A stretch of DNA of 64,000 bases, from assembly GCA_051294905.1 (NCBI GenBank), contig CM119371.1:39496001-39560000 (forward strand), read 5' to 3'. This document shows, piece after piece, positions 9,616-23,961 of the stretch (position 1 is its first letter; each line of letters begins with the position of its first letter). This DNA is from Botryllus schlosseri (lineage: Eukaryota). The notes below the pieces were generated by a model that was not told where the DNA came from, did no database searches, and saw only the letters and a list, made by a program, of their open reading frames with translations. The position numbers were made by a program, and so were the translations under genes.

Positions 9616-12600
9616 AATAACATACACCAATTGAGTCTCCTCACATCCCAACAAAGCGACGGAAATGTCAAGCTCAAATGACTAATTATTGTTTATTTCA
9701 CACCAATTCTACACATTACATAACATGAAAATGCACTACAAGAAGAAAATACAGTCGCCGATAATCCAGCCCCTTCACGCCAAGCCTAAGGTGAAAGTAC
9801 TTGGAAGTCATTCATCAAACTCTGGGTTGTGGGTATTATCAGTGTTGTCTCACATAGGGTTACAATACGTGTCCTCAGGGAGGGCGCCTGAATATCTGGT
9901 TAAATATATGTTAAAAATGTACTGAAATATAACGGATAAAGTGGGTGAATCAGGAGTCGAATCGACCTGATGACCTTTTTTTTTAGACGACCAACTTCAA
10001 ACTAGAAATAAATTTACCAATTTTTTCGGCTATTTCTCCCGTATTGTAAGTACCGTACATAAATTTTTACGAAAGTGTCCTCTTTTCAGATTCCCAAAAT
10101 ATGGTAACCGTATTTCGTATCAATCACAAGATGTACACAAGTTATAGAATGTCAAGCAGTGAATCATAATAATTCTGTAATAAGTGAATAATCAATCCTA
10201 TTCCTGTTGAGATGAACCCGAATACTTTCGGCTGACACTCGTCAGGGGTGATCGTCAGCAACTAGTACAGAATTGGAAAGAATAAATATACTATTCAATT
10301 GTATCTTGAAATTCTGTACCTCCAAGAAGCTCTTTGAATCACATTTATTCGGTTATCAGAAATTCCGATTATTATACATTTAGAAATTGTCTCTTTATCG
10401 GTTAACTTCAGTAGGCCATATGGTGGTCATTGAGAATTACACAGTCGCATTTCAATAAAAAAAAAACGGTCACTGAGGGGTACAAGCCGATGATATTTTG
10501 GTTTGGTTCATGTAGAATCACCAAGGTCGCAGAAAATGCAAACAACTGACCATCGATATGGACGCATTAATAATTATTCGTTTCAAGTACAGCGACCGTC
10601 ATTCTACAACAGGATAACATCAGGGTTTTTGAAGAGGATTATCGATGAAATAATTTAGCAATGGAAGTTTTAAACCTGGTTGGATTAATATTCACTTTTT
10701 CTGCTGACGTCAACTGGACTAAAGACGAAGAAAGTAATCACAAGATGATGACGGAACATATAAGATACTACATAATTGATATTACATTCGGATTCATACA
10801 TTAGATACATTTTTGTTCAACAAAAGTTTTTTTCTAGTTATTCATTTTTTTAAATTGTTTCTGTTTATATCATATTTCACCATCCAAAATGTAAACACAC
10901 TATATACAGTATACACGATACATTTAGGATTGATTATATCTTTTTTCATTTTTCTATGTTTTGTATTTTTTTGTATTTTTATCATATACAATTATTTAAA
11001 GCTATAAAACCACTTGATCACTAACACACATTGACATTTCCGTATATATATACATGTAACTACTTTCTACAATCACCGTGAAAGTTTGCAGGAAATGTGA
11101 TTCGGCCTTGAGATAGTATTGATTAGAGTTGGACAACGATTGCTGATTTGACAAATAAATTCAAGAACAATTATTCTTTGACATGCTCCTACCTGGTGAT
11201 TTAGAAAGAGAACATTGGTTGCTACAACGAAATCATCATAGAAGATAAAAGGTAACTGTTTTGAAATGAAGCTATTCCATTGTAACTTGCGTATCAATCA
11301 TGATAAAAGCAAATAATCCAACATAATGACGGCTTCAAGTCTACTCTAGTGGAAGAACTTTTCTGTTCAAATCCATTAAATCAGTGATTACCGCCTTAAA
11401 ATATCCACCTGTTGAAAAAGCGAGAATCGAAATGATATTTGCGGATATGAATCTTGTTTTTGTTGCGTTTTTAAACCTGCGCAACTTTTTCCGGTTACTC
11501 AACTGTGAAATTCACGATATAAATCGCATCATTACATTGTAACGCGTCAATTGTATCAATCGAATGCGAAATCGTCAGCTTGAATTCTGAAATGAAACTG
11601 TTAGCTCTTGTACATGATTAATGTTGTTGCATCTGCTCCCTTTTGTAATCCTCACTGAAAAACAAGTACCTCTGATTAAATCAATACCTTATCCTAGTTA
11701 ATCAAACAAGTTTGCCTACTATTCGGATGATCAGACGGAGATGCACCGTTCCATCGTTTACGTCATTACAGCGTATAAAATAGAATTAGACTTTTGGAAA
11801 CGACCCAGGCTCACAGTCGGATGTATTGTAGGGATTTAATCTACAAATGGACTACGGATTTCTATTTTTGCAAGAGGATTCTCGAGCATCTTCGGCTCAC
11901 AATCCAATATAGGGCGACACATGAATTCAGTACACGCCTTTCTTGAAAATAAACTTGCAGGCAACACATCGTATATCAGGGAGCGGCATCGACCGGGCCG
12001 CTGTACTCCCTAGTGGACTTTGTTGACATTTTACATTTCCATCACATAAATTACAGTGCAGTTAACAATTTCGAGTGTCAATGACACTTGGAAAGATAGC
12101 TCAACTCTTTGTTTGATAGAAAGTGTTTTTTATTGCCACTAGGATCATCTGTATGAGTGGAAAGGTCATGAAACACAGGGTCGTGGATTTCTGCATTAAG
12201 GTAACCTTAAATGGGTGACGACATGCGTACTGCTATCACACTTGGTTAATTGGCTAATTCTAGTCATCTAATTTAACTAAATAGAGTGAAATGCCGGTAA
12301 TCTAATTCGAATCCGATTTGTGAAATAATCCGTTGCTATCATTTTGAATCTGATCTAATTTTTCGTTTTCCTGTAAACGCTACTAAGAGAACAGTATAGT
12401 ACGAAACGTGTCCAAGGTTGCTGTACTAACATTTTCTATTCTCATGCTCATGAGCAGGAACCATGATTTGATATAACAGGACATGATGAAATGTCAAAGT
12501 TATCAAGAATGCAGTCATTCTAATTCTTATCTAATTTGGAAAAGAGCTGTGTAGCTATCATTTCAATTTAATTCAATTTGGAAATAACTGTATAACTCTA

Positions 12601-14718
12601 ATTCTGATTTTACTACAATTTGAAAAAGCTGAAAACGTTATAGTTGTCCAAATCTGACTGTTATTGCTGGCTCAATTTTTGACAACACGTTGATCCATAC
12701 GATACGTACAGAGAATTTGTAAGTTGTCACTTGCGATTACCTATAAAAGTAAGACACAACCCATCAAAATAATCATATTTTAAATTCCCATACTTGAGTA
12801 ATTTTCAACCTTCATTTACAATACTTGTTCTTGTACCCAAGAAAAAAATGGACGGGATCACTCCAACTTCTGCACGAGTCGAATCAATGACTATTTCGAT
12901 CGATTATACAAATGATGCGACCACATATTCCGACCATCAACTCTATTTTTTACTTCGAGCAGCTAAAAAATACGGACGGATTACTTTTATACTCGTGCCG
13001 TGTTAATAATGCGAGCATCTCGTCAAATGTCAGTTTTTATAATCCAATATTTTTCGCAAGAAACTGAGATCTATGTCGGTTGAATGCAGCAAGTAATTAT
13101 GCATTGTAGTGACGCATGATTGCCGAAGATCAACTTTAGTGTCATATATCGGCAGAGGTTGTCGGTAACCAAGTACTTCTACTTTTGCCAATTATAAAAG
13201 TAATTTTGCTCAATTTCACTACTTACTGGGATGCATGACATTTTCTATTATATTCTTGCAGAATAAACAATGCTTGTTTTCAACGACGCTTCATTTGATG
13301 CACCGTGTGACATCGTTATGACGTCACTATACGACACCACAATAATATTTAATCGATATAAATTTGTTTTTTCACTGTGCATGAGAATGAATCGAGCATG
13401 GAATGGAAGGATAAATCTCAACTCTCATTTCTAGAACGGTCAGACTTCGCAGCATCGACTCACCTCTGAAAAAATGCGTCGTCGAGTCGCTGCCAGGCAT
13501 CTATTTTTCGAAACACTGAAATGAGAAAGGATTTAGAGAATATATAATACTTGTTATTAAATGATATCTACGCTGGTCGAAATCAAAATCCTGATACTGA
13601 TTAGAATTTCAAATCCAAATCCAAAATTAATTTTGTTTGGGGTCAGTAACGAACTACTTCTACTTTATCAGGGTACTCAAGTAGTGTTGCCTACTTGCAC
13701 CGCTTCATCAAGTCGTTACAATTTTAAAATACTTCCATTTCTACTTGTTCCGACAGTTGTTCGACAAAACTACTTACTTCATAAAATTTGGATTTTGAAA
13801 AGTAGCAAGTAGTTCTGGGATGATTTTTCGTCATTTTTGTTCGGTCAAAGTGTCATAGGAGTCGTGTGAAACAGCCGCGGTAACTGAATATCTATTTAAC
13901 AATATTTCGCTCACTTGACGTGTATTTAGTCATTTTGCATTAGTTGGATGATATATCAAGATTGCATTGTGGAAAGTAAATATCTTCTGTTAACTGCTAA
14001 AAGTAAGCGACCCTTCAACTACATCTACTTTAGAAACGACTCCCTTTGAACACACCTAGATCATTCAGGAACTCGCGTTGGCAACTTTCAGAACCAATGG
14101 GTGTCAGCATGATCACCAGATGTCGCCAAAGATCCATATAGCTCACTGTATTTTCTCCTATGGTTACGGAAATATTCGAGTCCCCAATTTTTTTTGACTC
14201 ATTGCCCCCTCATTAAGCACTATCTTTATCACGATCCCAAAAGCTAGGGTGTTATCAGCTGCGAAGTACTTCTACTTTTTCCTAGTACTGAACTGGCTTA
14301 TAGTGACTGGTGTACTTACTCAAGAAGTTTTAATTGAATACTATCTCTACATCAGTTTTTTTTTAATGCTGGACAACTGAATTTTGCATTCTTGATATTG
14401 TCAACTGAAAAGTAGTTTTTCGACGCGCTTCAATGACGTCTTACTTCATAATTGACAAGACTTCATAAACAAGTTCACGATCAGCGACGTATGTGAAATC
14501 ATGCGTAAAACAATTACACTGCTATCCACTACTACCGAGCGTTATCAGGTAACCGCGGTAACGACGCTACGTCACACCATAGCATGTCATAACCACAAGA
14601 TTTCAAGTCGCGTCAGTAACCCATCAGGCATGTTACGTGAAATGAGCATTTCATGAAAAATGATCGCTAAACTTATATGTATATATACGTAATATAACAA
14701 CTATACCTAATAATATAC

Positions 14719-14931
14719 CTAACCAAACCATGACTCACAATATAAAACTTCCAACTCCGTATCGATATCATTCGCAATCTTCTGGGCTTTCTTCAATTTG
14801 TCTCCTTTCAACATAGCATCTTCACTGTAGTATATCAATGTTACTTTCTTCAAATTAGAGTTGTTGACGAGAGACGAAACGTCATCGACTGAAGCACACC
14901 ATAAGGCGAATATGCATCTGATGCATTCGAT
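14719..14931 (-). CDS. Putative terminal exon of NLR-like LRR gene (IECIRCIFALWC...YCESWFG*)
   Basis: CAG acceptor at 14934-14932, phase 0, 70 codons plus stop; phase-compatible with the upstream exons. Confidence 0.55.
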   Translation of the reverse strand: MECIRCIFALWCASVDDVSSLVNNSNLKKVTLIYYSEDAMLKGDKLKKAQKIANDIDTELEVLYCESWFG

Positions 14932-15037
14932 CTGCGACGGGAGAATATTACTATTAATATTGTATATTATAATGATGCTTCTTGCTATTTCAAGCCTTTT
15001 CACCAGGGGCTATGATTTGTTACATGGTACTTTAGAT

Positions 15038-15789
15038 CAGGGGTGGCCAACCTTTCTGCTGTTCACGACCACATTGCGATTACTCATGTCGCCCACGGCC
15101 GCATTCCAGGACCGAGTCGTGATGAACTAACTGGATGCCGAATATCCATGTTAAACTACCCGTGTCCATTTCCGGTGAACTCCGGACTAAACATTTATAG
15201 ATATCGGGACACTAATTTCCGGAAGCAATTGTGGTCGCACGAGCCGTGAAATTTATTTCAGATTCGGGAATGATTTTTGTCAATAATATTACGGTAGTAG
15301 CTTCACATATTACTGCCAAACATTTAATTTTTCCTTTCTCAGCCCATGTGATCAGATTCACCGGTTGAGTTCATGGGGGTGAGGGTTTCCGAAAATCTTG
15401 GGCAAATCATAATTGATGATTTATCTTCTGGTGGGCCGATTGTTAGTAGTCACTTTGTTGCATCCTAGCTGTTGTTATTCCACCTCCCATGAGGATTGTC
15501 AGTATATAGTGGAAATATATTGAAATCGCCCAATAGTACCAGAATCAATTTTCTTTCGTGAGGAGCACACGATTCCAAGTTGGTATTTGTATATGGGGCC
15601 CTTCATTTTCATATGCTGTTCACATCTGTACTGCGGGGTACAGATTGCAAAGGGCGCTCCTTTTTTAAAATCACGCAAAATAAATTTCCAAATTGATTAC
15701 TTTCGGGCAACCAATCAAAAAATAATAATTGAATTACGTGTCGAAGGCCGCACAAATTCCATTATACGGCCTCAGGTAGGCTATCCCTG
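15038..15789. mobile_element. hAT (Charlie-like) MITE
   Basis: Ends CAGGGGTGGCCAACC / GGTAGGCTATCCCTG; perfect 8-bp TSD CTTTAGAT. Confidence 0.9.
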
Positions 15790-16764
15790 CTTTAGATAAA
15801 CTTATTGATAAGAATTACGAAATCCACAACTGCGGTGGATATCTAGGACAAGAAAACCATGTTAATTCATGTGAAGGGGATTCGAGCTGAACGGCAGAAT
15901 TCAATAATAAACGTGCGTTGGTGGAACATGTACGTTGAATCTATGCAAATAACACCGAATCATATTTATTACCTTCTTCTGCTTACAAGCTTCAACAATA
16001 TTTCGGAATTTATCTTCTATCCTAAAGTAGAACATTGCATGGATACTGCAAAAAGCGGAAATTTCTCTGGCACGGTTCAAATGTCTGTTGTAATCCTCGA
16101 CGGAAGACTGGCCATTCACAGCAATTTCCAGGACCTCCATCTTAAATGCGGAAGACATAAGTTGTTAAATCTTGAAACAACTTTTGGTAATTTGATTAAA
16201 GACAGTTATTCCCGGAAGTTAAGATAGACGCCTAACGAATTAACAATTCTGATACTCGATATATAATGATAGGAAAATATAAATGCGTTTAAAACATTCT
16301 TATGATCGAATGAGGAATCGTACTTGATACTTTTTCCGGGAAGTTTCAATAAACGACCAATCGATATCTTGTTCCTCCGTGCAATCGAGCAAGATCCTGT
16401 TTATCTGAACACAATATTGGCTTCATGAGGTAAGATGACATCATCGTGACGTGATCATGTATTGAAATCGATAATCATATATTTACAGTACAATAGTGAT
16501 TTGTTACAATTATTTGATTGTACACAATGCATACACTGCATTGGTTCTAGTCGCATTCCTGAGCATGATCTCTCGTTAAAATCTACTCATGAATATTCTT
16601 TGTATTGTATAAAGTAGAGGTGGTGAAAGTAGTCATCATCGATACCCAAGTAGAAGTATTCAAGTACATTTCTACTAAAGTAGTATTAGTGATATACAAG
16701 TAAGTAAAAAAGTAAATACTCCAGGCCAAAGAATTAAAACTGAAGTTATACAGTTTTTCAAACT

Positions 16765-17565
16765 TAGATTAGAATTAGAGCTACACAGTTTTTCCAAATA
16801 AAATTATAAGTAGAGCTAGACAGTTTTTTACAAATAAGATTAGGATTAGAATAAAAGCTACACAGTGTTTTTCAAAATAAGATTATAATTAGAGTTACAC
16901 AGTTTTCTTTTCAAGTAAAATATTAATTAGAGTTGCACAGTTTTTCCCAAATAAGAATAGGATTAGAATTAGAGCTGCACAGTTTTTTTTCAAAAATATA
17001 ATTATAATTAGAGCTTCACAGTATTTTTCCAAGTCAGATTAGAAATAGAGATATACATTTTTTTCTAAATAAAATTATAATTAGAGTTACACAGTTTCTT
17101 ACAAATAAGATTAGGATTATAATTAGAGCTTCACAGTATTTTTCCAAGTCAGATTAGAAATAGAGATATACATTTTTTTCTAAATAAAATTATAATTAGA
17201 GTTACACAGAATTTACAAATATGATTAAGATTAGAATTAGAGCTACATAGTTTTTTTCAAATCAGATTAGAATTAGAATTACATTTTTTTTTAATAAAAT
17301 TATAATTAGAGCTACACAGTTTTTTTTAAATAAAATTATAATTAGAGCTACATAGTTTTCTTCAAATCAGATTAGAATTAGAATTAAAGCTAACGTTTTC
17401 TTCTAAATTAGATTGGAATTAGAATAGAAGCTACACAGTTTTTTTTTTCAAATTGGATCGGAATTAGAGATATACAGTTTTCCAAAATTATGGTACATTA
17501 GGATTAGAATTAGAGCTACAGTGTTTTTTCGAATTAGATTAGAATTGGAATTAGAGCTACACAGT
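16765..17565. repeat. ~40-bp tandem satellite (TTAGAATTAGAGCTACACAGTTTTT..CAAATAA) inside a CAGACTTGGACAACTAG-TIR MITE family
   Basis: About 19-20 degenerate units; the same unit occurs next to the family TIR at 12500-12656, 18230-18354, 45935-46222 and 59660-59840. Confidence 0.85.
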
Positions 17566-17835
17566 TAGGGGTGTTCAAAAATGATTTTTTTTCAGATTCT
17601 ATTGGCTATTTGATGAAATTGATAGGTTACCTAATTGAAGCCTGAACACCAAATTTGGTTCAATTCCAACCAGTAGTCGCATTGCTACTGGAGAAAAATG
17701 TTTTTTCATTTATTATGTAAAAATGTTTGAAAGAATTCAAAATTTTCTGTTCATCCCATGAAATTGTTCGTTTTTCTCTAGAAACGATGTTCACCAAATT
17801 TGGCTCAATTTCAACCAGCGGAAGCGGAGTTACTG
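17566..17835. mobile_element. Partial TAGGGGTGTTCAAAA MITE
   Basis: Matches the left arm of 35206-35819 and 63655-64000. Confidence 0.75.
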
Positions 17836-18960
17836 AGTATAAGTATATTGCCTTGACGTGCAATGGCTCGGACACCGAAAGACCGAGATGCTTAGGAAAC
17901 GGCCTAGGGCGCCTTCAGAGCGTTGTGAGGTATCGTACGCAGCTCATATTGTTTAAAATAAAATGAAGTTCATGATCATGATATTTCTTGTTGTATTTGT
18001 ACTACTTCAATAACATATTACTTCCGATGCCCATGTTAGTGAGCACAGCGTTGTACTAACAGTAAGTTTTAATACGGGGCTGCTCAACTGTGTAGTCTAT
18101 TTTGTCTCGAAATTGCATTCTCTCTCCTGAATGACTGTACGATGCAAGCAATGCGATGGTGACTTGGCACAGGATTTCCCTGTAAAATGCCGTGTACAAA
18201 TATACATTTTCCGGAAAACAATAAACTGGATTATAATTTGAATTAGAGCATAGAAGCATCACACAAATTAGAGTATAATTAGATTACTGGCATTTCGCTC
18301 TAAATTAGTGAAATTAGACAATTAGAATTAGAATTATCTAGTTGTCCAAGTCTGATGGTGAGTAACGATGTGCTTCTACTTCTTAAAAGTAAGAGGTTTA
18401 TATCACAATTTCACACATCTAATAATGATTAAACCTACCTGTGACGTCATTATTCATTTTGCGTTAGTCGCGGGGACGCATCTCGCAATTTAAAAGGTAG
18501 CCAGCACCGATGAACTGCCGAATATTTGCGAACCGTCGACTAAAAATACTTTTGAAAACTATTTATTTCGAGTATCGTACTTATAAGTAGGGCTGGGCAC
18601 AATGATTCTAGAATTCAAATCTGAAACGAGTATCAATTTTAATGATTCGAGTCGAGTAGTAAACACGATTTTTTTCGAGCACTGAAATTATACGCTCCTA
18701 GCCACTGAAAGTAAATTTATCAACGAGAATTATAGTTTCGATTCTAATTTTCACTGTTGAAGATTGGAACAAGCCTTGAAATCTTGATTGGCCGGTTCGC
18801 AGCACATTTCCGAATTCATGATCATCCCACAACATTGTCACCAAGTACAATGAAATCGGGTATGGTCAAAAAATATCAAAGTATCTTTCATGTGACGGAT
18901 AACAGGCATTATGTTCTTTGTGGTCGCATGAAAGGTACACATTTGAACTTTGACATAGTA

Positions 18961-19918
18961 GGGGAGAGGAGGCCAAGATGGGACACTTTTCTGATAATTC
19001 AAGGCCACTCAAAGAGTAATGCCTTCTGAGGATTAATTTAGGTACCAATGGAAAGCCTGTGATCTCTACTTTCTATGACGATGGTCTGAGTTATATTGAA
19101 CAACATACTGATGGATTTCTTGGCCCTCAAAAATTATTGCTCAAATGTCTCAACTTACCCCCAGGTGAGGGTAAGATGAGACACACTGTGTTTAAGATGA
19201 GACACCGAGCAATTCATGCTCATTACACCACCAATTCGTCCCAAATGATGAACCAACCAGCAACACCGTGAATAAAATATAATAATCATGAAATAATTCA
19301 TTTCTAAAAAGAATTGGTACATCATATACAAATATAAATGACATCGAAAACCAATTAACCATGAGATCCAGCAACAATAAGAGTGTCGCTGTTATTTTGT
19401 CTTGTAATGTCACATCTGGTAAACTACTAGATAAATAATACATTTTGTGTGCCTTCAACAGTAAATTTTTAGTCTTCCGAGGCCTTCAATTGAAAAGCCC
19501 TCTGATATCCATGTCTCATCTTACCCCCATGATTTTGTCTCATCTTACCCCCATGATTTTGTCTCATCTTACCCCCACACCTCAATTAACATATAAATTC
19601 GAATAAAAAAATTTCTGTCAGTTACTTTTCAGTGGTAAGCGCATGATTACAATGCTAATATTGTACTCAACCAGCTCCAGTATTCTTGTTTTATAATATT
19701 AAGTGCTATGATAGGTATGCCCTTACAAACATATGAAAACATAGTTTTTGGCATTTTTCTGCCCAACCTCAAATCTGTTTGCCTTGTTAATATGGTAGGA
19801 CTATGGAATGATATTATGGGAACAACATAGTTGAAGGAATCTGTCCATCAGAAAATTTTTCTGTGAAAAAATTGCATGTCTCATCTTGCCCCATGTCTCA
19901 TCTTGGCCTCCTCTCCCC
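18961..19918. mobile_element. Tc1/mariner-pogo (Tigger-like) MITE
   Basis: TIRs GGGGAGAGGAGGCCAAGATG / CATCTTGGCCTCCTCTCCCC flanked by TA; internal TGTCTCATCTTACCCC repeats, including a triple copy at 19512-19577. Confidence 0.85.
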
Positions 19919-20430
19919 TACATTTTGTTATGACGTCATAACGAGTGATACTCGATTACTCGAAGCGTATTACGTGATTCAGAATGGAATTACTCAGGTA
20001 CTCGATCTTGCCCAGACCAACTTATAAGATCTTACGTTTTCCACTTTCACTTGAAGTAGTTTAAATAAGTCTTTTAAAGAGCCAGTTCTACTTGTAATCG
20101 CGTATAAATTCAATTCTACTTCTACTTGATTAGCAAGGCTGAGTACTTCAACCAGCCCTGCATACACTCGAGACTCGACTCGCAATATTGTAGACCAAGG
20201 GTGTTGAAAAAAATATAGTTTTTTTAAATTTCATCGGCCTAGTTGTCAAATCGCCAGGTTACCTGAAAAACGTTGCACACCAAATTTCACTCGTTGAAAT
20301 AATAGTATTTACGGTGACCGATTTCGTCACACCGACATGACCAAAAATCGTGTTCCAGGTATGCCTGAAGTGGCAGCGGTGTATTTTCCGCTTGTTTTGA
20401 TCTTGACAAGGGCCTATGGTGTGGTTCGTA

Positions 20431-21405
20431 CAGGGTTGTAAGACTCGAGTCACGATTTTCCGATGACTCGACTTGATTCGAGTTATTTTGTCACATTACG
20501 GAAATGACTCAACTCGACTCGAGCCAATCTGCGCATTGACTCGACATGGACTCGAGTGATTGCGCATGACTGGAGCCAAGTCATATGACTCGAGACGCAG
20601 ACGGCCAAGACCGGCATTTCATTGCAATTTCTAAGAATAGTAACCTAACCACACTATTGGAATTTCGTCTGTTGGTACTGCTACTTGAAAATGCGACCAG
20701 AAACTGCTAAAGGTGAGGAAAATTAGTATATTATAAATGCGAACCATTCGATATCATCAATCAGAGTTATAAAATGTGGGTTTACCAAGATTTCAACAGG
20801 AAACTGAGCAGTCAATTCAATGACTTCGACTCAACTCGAGTCATAATACTGTGACTCGGACTCGACCCTCTTTTCGCTGATTGGACTCGGACTTGACTGT
20901 TGGTGAATTGGAAATGACTCGACTTGACTCGAGTCAAAACTATAAAAGTGAGATTGACTTGTGACTCGGTAGGGTGGAGTGAAAAATGAAAATTTTTGAA
21001 TTTCAAAAAAGGGTCTTGATATGTTCTACCCACTGCCACATCCTACCCACTGCTTCAGTGCTCAATTTTACCTATAAAATCAGAAATTTGCTTGTAACTT
21101 TTTTTCTGTTCATTTTTAAGAGTAAGTTCTATGGAAGTGAGATAGAAACATCTTGCTTCTGCATCTTTTAAACCCAAAACTGACTTTCTAGTGTAAGTGA
21201 TGATCCAGATATGGTGAAATTAGCTGTTTTTGGCTCGTTCGGTGAAATTGCACGACCACTATAGGGTGTACGAACCCAAAATTATGATAGAAATTATTTG
21301 TTTACTATTTGGCACCACATATCAAGACACTTTTTTGAAATTCAAAAATTTTCATTTTCACTCCACCCTAGTGACTCGGAGCCTTGTGACTTGGTTACAA
21401 CCCTG
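20431..21405. mobile_element. GACTCGAGTC-rich hAT-like MITE (copy A)
   Basis: TIR CAGGGTTGTAA / TTACAACCCTG; colinear with 26056-26629 apart from the nested insert. Confidence 0.85.
20970..21370. mobile_element. TAGGGTGGAGTGAAAA MITE with 9-bp TSD
   Basis: TIR of ~40 bp; GTGACTCGG duplicated on both sides; single-copy empty site in copy B near 26595-26603. Confidence 0.9.
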
Positions 21406-22136
21406 GGTTTTGATGAAGACATTGCCAGTAAACGGAAAAAAGATATGGTACGGATTACCTGAAAATTGGTCCACTTCATTGAAATCGACATGTTGAAACG
21501 ATAGCGAGATAATTTTCAAATAGATTACTTAACACACTGAAATTACCGACCACGAAAAGGAAATGACCTGACAAGCAGGTAAAATACAGGTAAATATATT
21601 TCTGAAGGGAAGTATTTTTTGTCGGACCAATTTAGATTTCACGAAATCGATCCCAGTTATGCAAGACATACCCCTATTGGAGACGCAAGATAAGGAGGCA
21701 TTGATAACACAAACTTTAAATTGAAAAATCTGTGTTGATGAACTGTGCATTGTATATTTACTGAAAATATCAAATAACATATTTTATATGTTTTTCCCAA
21801 TAAAAATAGTAAAACTTGAGATTCCGAAACACCATATCAACTCTACTTGAATTGCAACAGAAAGTCATTCCGTGCAGATCTGAAAAGAATTAGCGCGTTT
21901 GCACACGAAACACCTCGAATTATGCTTGATTCAGGCGTGAACAAGAAATCATTTTACCCCTGATATCTGTTATATAGTTAGACCATGGTTACTTGATTAC
22001 CCACTTGCGGATAAGGAATAGGTGACAGTAGAAGATAATAGGATAAAAGAATCGGTTAACTACAATTCAACGTTCCAGTTTGAAGCAAACTTGAAACTTT
22101 ATATTTATGAGAGGAAAAATATTATTAACTGATGAC

Positions 22137-22286
22137 CTTTTCCAATTTACAATCTGATATCTTCCGCAAATCATCCATCTCGGCAAACAGTTGTTCATTA
22201 TATTCGACAAATTCTGCATCGAAAAGTATCCCGAGAAATCCCACGTCAGCTACGCGAACAACGTGGTCGAAATATAGAGTCGATTT
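22137..22286 (-). CDS. Putative internal exon of NLR-like gene (KSTLYFDHVV...SDCKLEK)
   Basis: TTTTCACAG acceptor, 150 nt open in phase 0, weak GTCATC donor. Confidence 0.5.
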
Positions 22287-23592
22287 CTGTGAAAACAATG
22301 TCACTTATTACATCACAACATACGAACGAATCATTCTAAGAGATGCGATCAAGCATGAGAGAATATTGCCACTACATGTAGCCGCTGCGGGCAAGGCGAT
22401 GAGATCTCGTTATCAGAACATAGCTTGCAAAACGAGTCGTTTGAAATTGTGCACATGACCATGCAATCGCTACACGAATTATATTGACTGAGACGTTAAT
22501 GGAGATATATCAGCTCCCTCCATATCTATTTTGAGCGAAGTATCACTAAATTCTCGACTCTCCGTAAAAACAATCACTGGTCATGGTCTCTCTCTCTCTC
22601 CTATTGGAAGTACATAAAACTTCTACTTGACAAACTGTAAATGGCGAAAAGAAAATTAGTGAGTCACAAAATATGACAAAGTACAAGTAGAAGTAGTGCG
22701 GTAGAAAATTTGATTTACTTGAGTTAGTGCGGCAAGTAGTGTAAATACTCGAGTACTCGGAAAAAGTAGAAGTTCCATCTCCGGATTTGAATTGATAGAA
22801 TACTCCCAATCATCCTTTCATTGTATCGCACGGTTATTTAAATTGGGTAAAGTCGACTAAAGTTTGATAAAAGGTGATTTGAATTGAGTGAAATTAAATA
22901 TCCGATTTCAAATCGTAGCCTTCTCTCGGGTATGACCTGGTGATGATATAGTCAAGTGCTGCTTATGCCATAATAAAGCTCATAATTAAGTCATAAGCTA
23001 CAGCCTGGCTACACTACACCGTGAATCCATTGCTGTATGTGACTATTATGTTGCTTTACAGCTTTGTAGTGAAGTCGGTGAAATAAACAAAGAACCAATC
23101 ATCAACATGAACCCGTTCATATAAAATATTAAATTTCGTCTCACCCATGGTACCCCCCAAAATCAGCGTCAAATTTTGCATTGTGATGGAATTTGGCATT
23201 GTGACACACCAATGCTGCCTGGCTCTGGCTCCTGAGCTGCAGTATCGTTTTGTCAGACAACATTGTTGCGTCACAATGCCAAACTACAACACAATGTAAA
23301 ATACGAGGCTGATTTTAGGGGGGTTCCAGTGCCACGGGTAAAATAAAATTTATATTTTCATAATCGGTACAGCAATAGCTTTCGATTGGTACCCGTTTTA
23401 TCAAATTTCCCACTGGGCGAGCCGGTCAAAATTGACCTTAGATTGCCTTTGGTCAAGTGGAATGGATGAAGTAACCCAAATGCAGTGAGCCGTTCAGTCT
23501 CACTGTGTCCACCACTATCGTGAATTGAACAAAGATCCGATCATTAGTAATGATGTCATCATTCCAACCTTGATGTTAAAGTGACCGCTTAC

Positions 23593-23664
23593 ACCGTCAG
23601 TCATGTCGATGACATCTTCTCCGTTCTTTAAATCAAACCAGCTTCCCGCAGACAGCTTGACAAC
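23593..23664 (-). CDS. Putative internal exon of NLR-like gene (VVKLSAGSWFDLKNGEDVIDMTDG)
   Basis: TTTTCAG acceptor, GTAAGC donor, 72 nt, phase 0-0. Confidence 0.55.
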
Positions 23665-23961
23665 CTGAAAATTGTTCAGAAACTCGAGTATTCCATCAAC
23701 CAAAAAATATTGTTACGTCATATGAGAAACACAGTGATGACAACAGCCTCGGAAAACGTCACCGACACTGATTTAGCGGAAAAATTATGCGTCATAAGCC
23801 AAAAGTCACACTGGGTAATACATAACTGTAAGCACCGCAAAATGTATTCCAGCATTTACACTAATTCAGGAGACATTTTTGAGGGATTTTCTTCTTTATA
23901 ATCGGCGCACTAAATAGGACAGTTTGTCATTGCGAGCATGTATATAATTATATATATATAT

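Larger units (their letters stand above)
20197..21834. mobile_element. Old TAGGG-family MITE hosting two nested insertions
   Basis: Starts AGGGGTGTTGAAAA with the CACCAAATTT motif shared with the 35206 family; degenerate right end AAACACCATA. Confidence 0.5.

Noticed and set aside
16765..17565. Regularly spaced repeats as a CRISPR array
   Set aside because: Units are contiguous and degenerate with no unique spacers; no cas genes; eukaryotic context.
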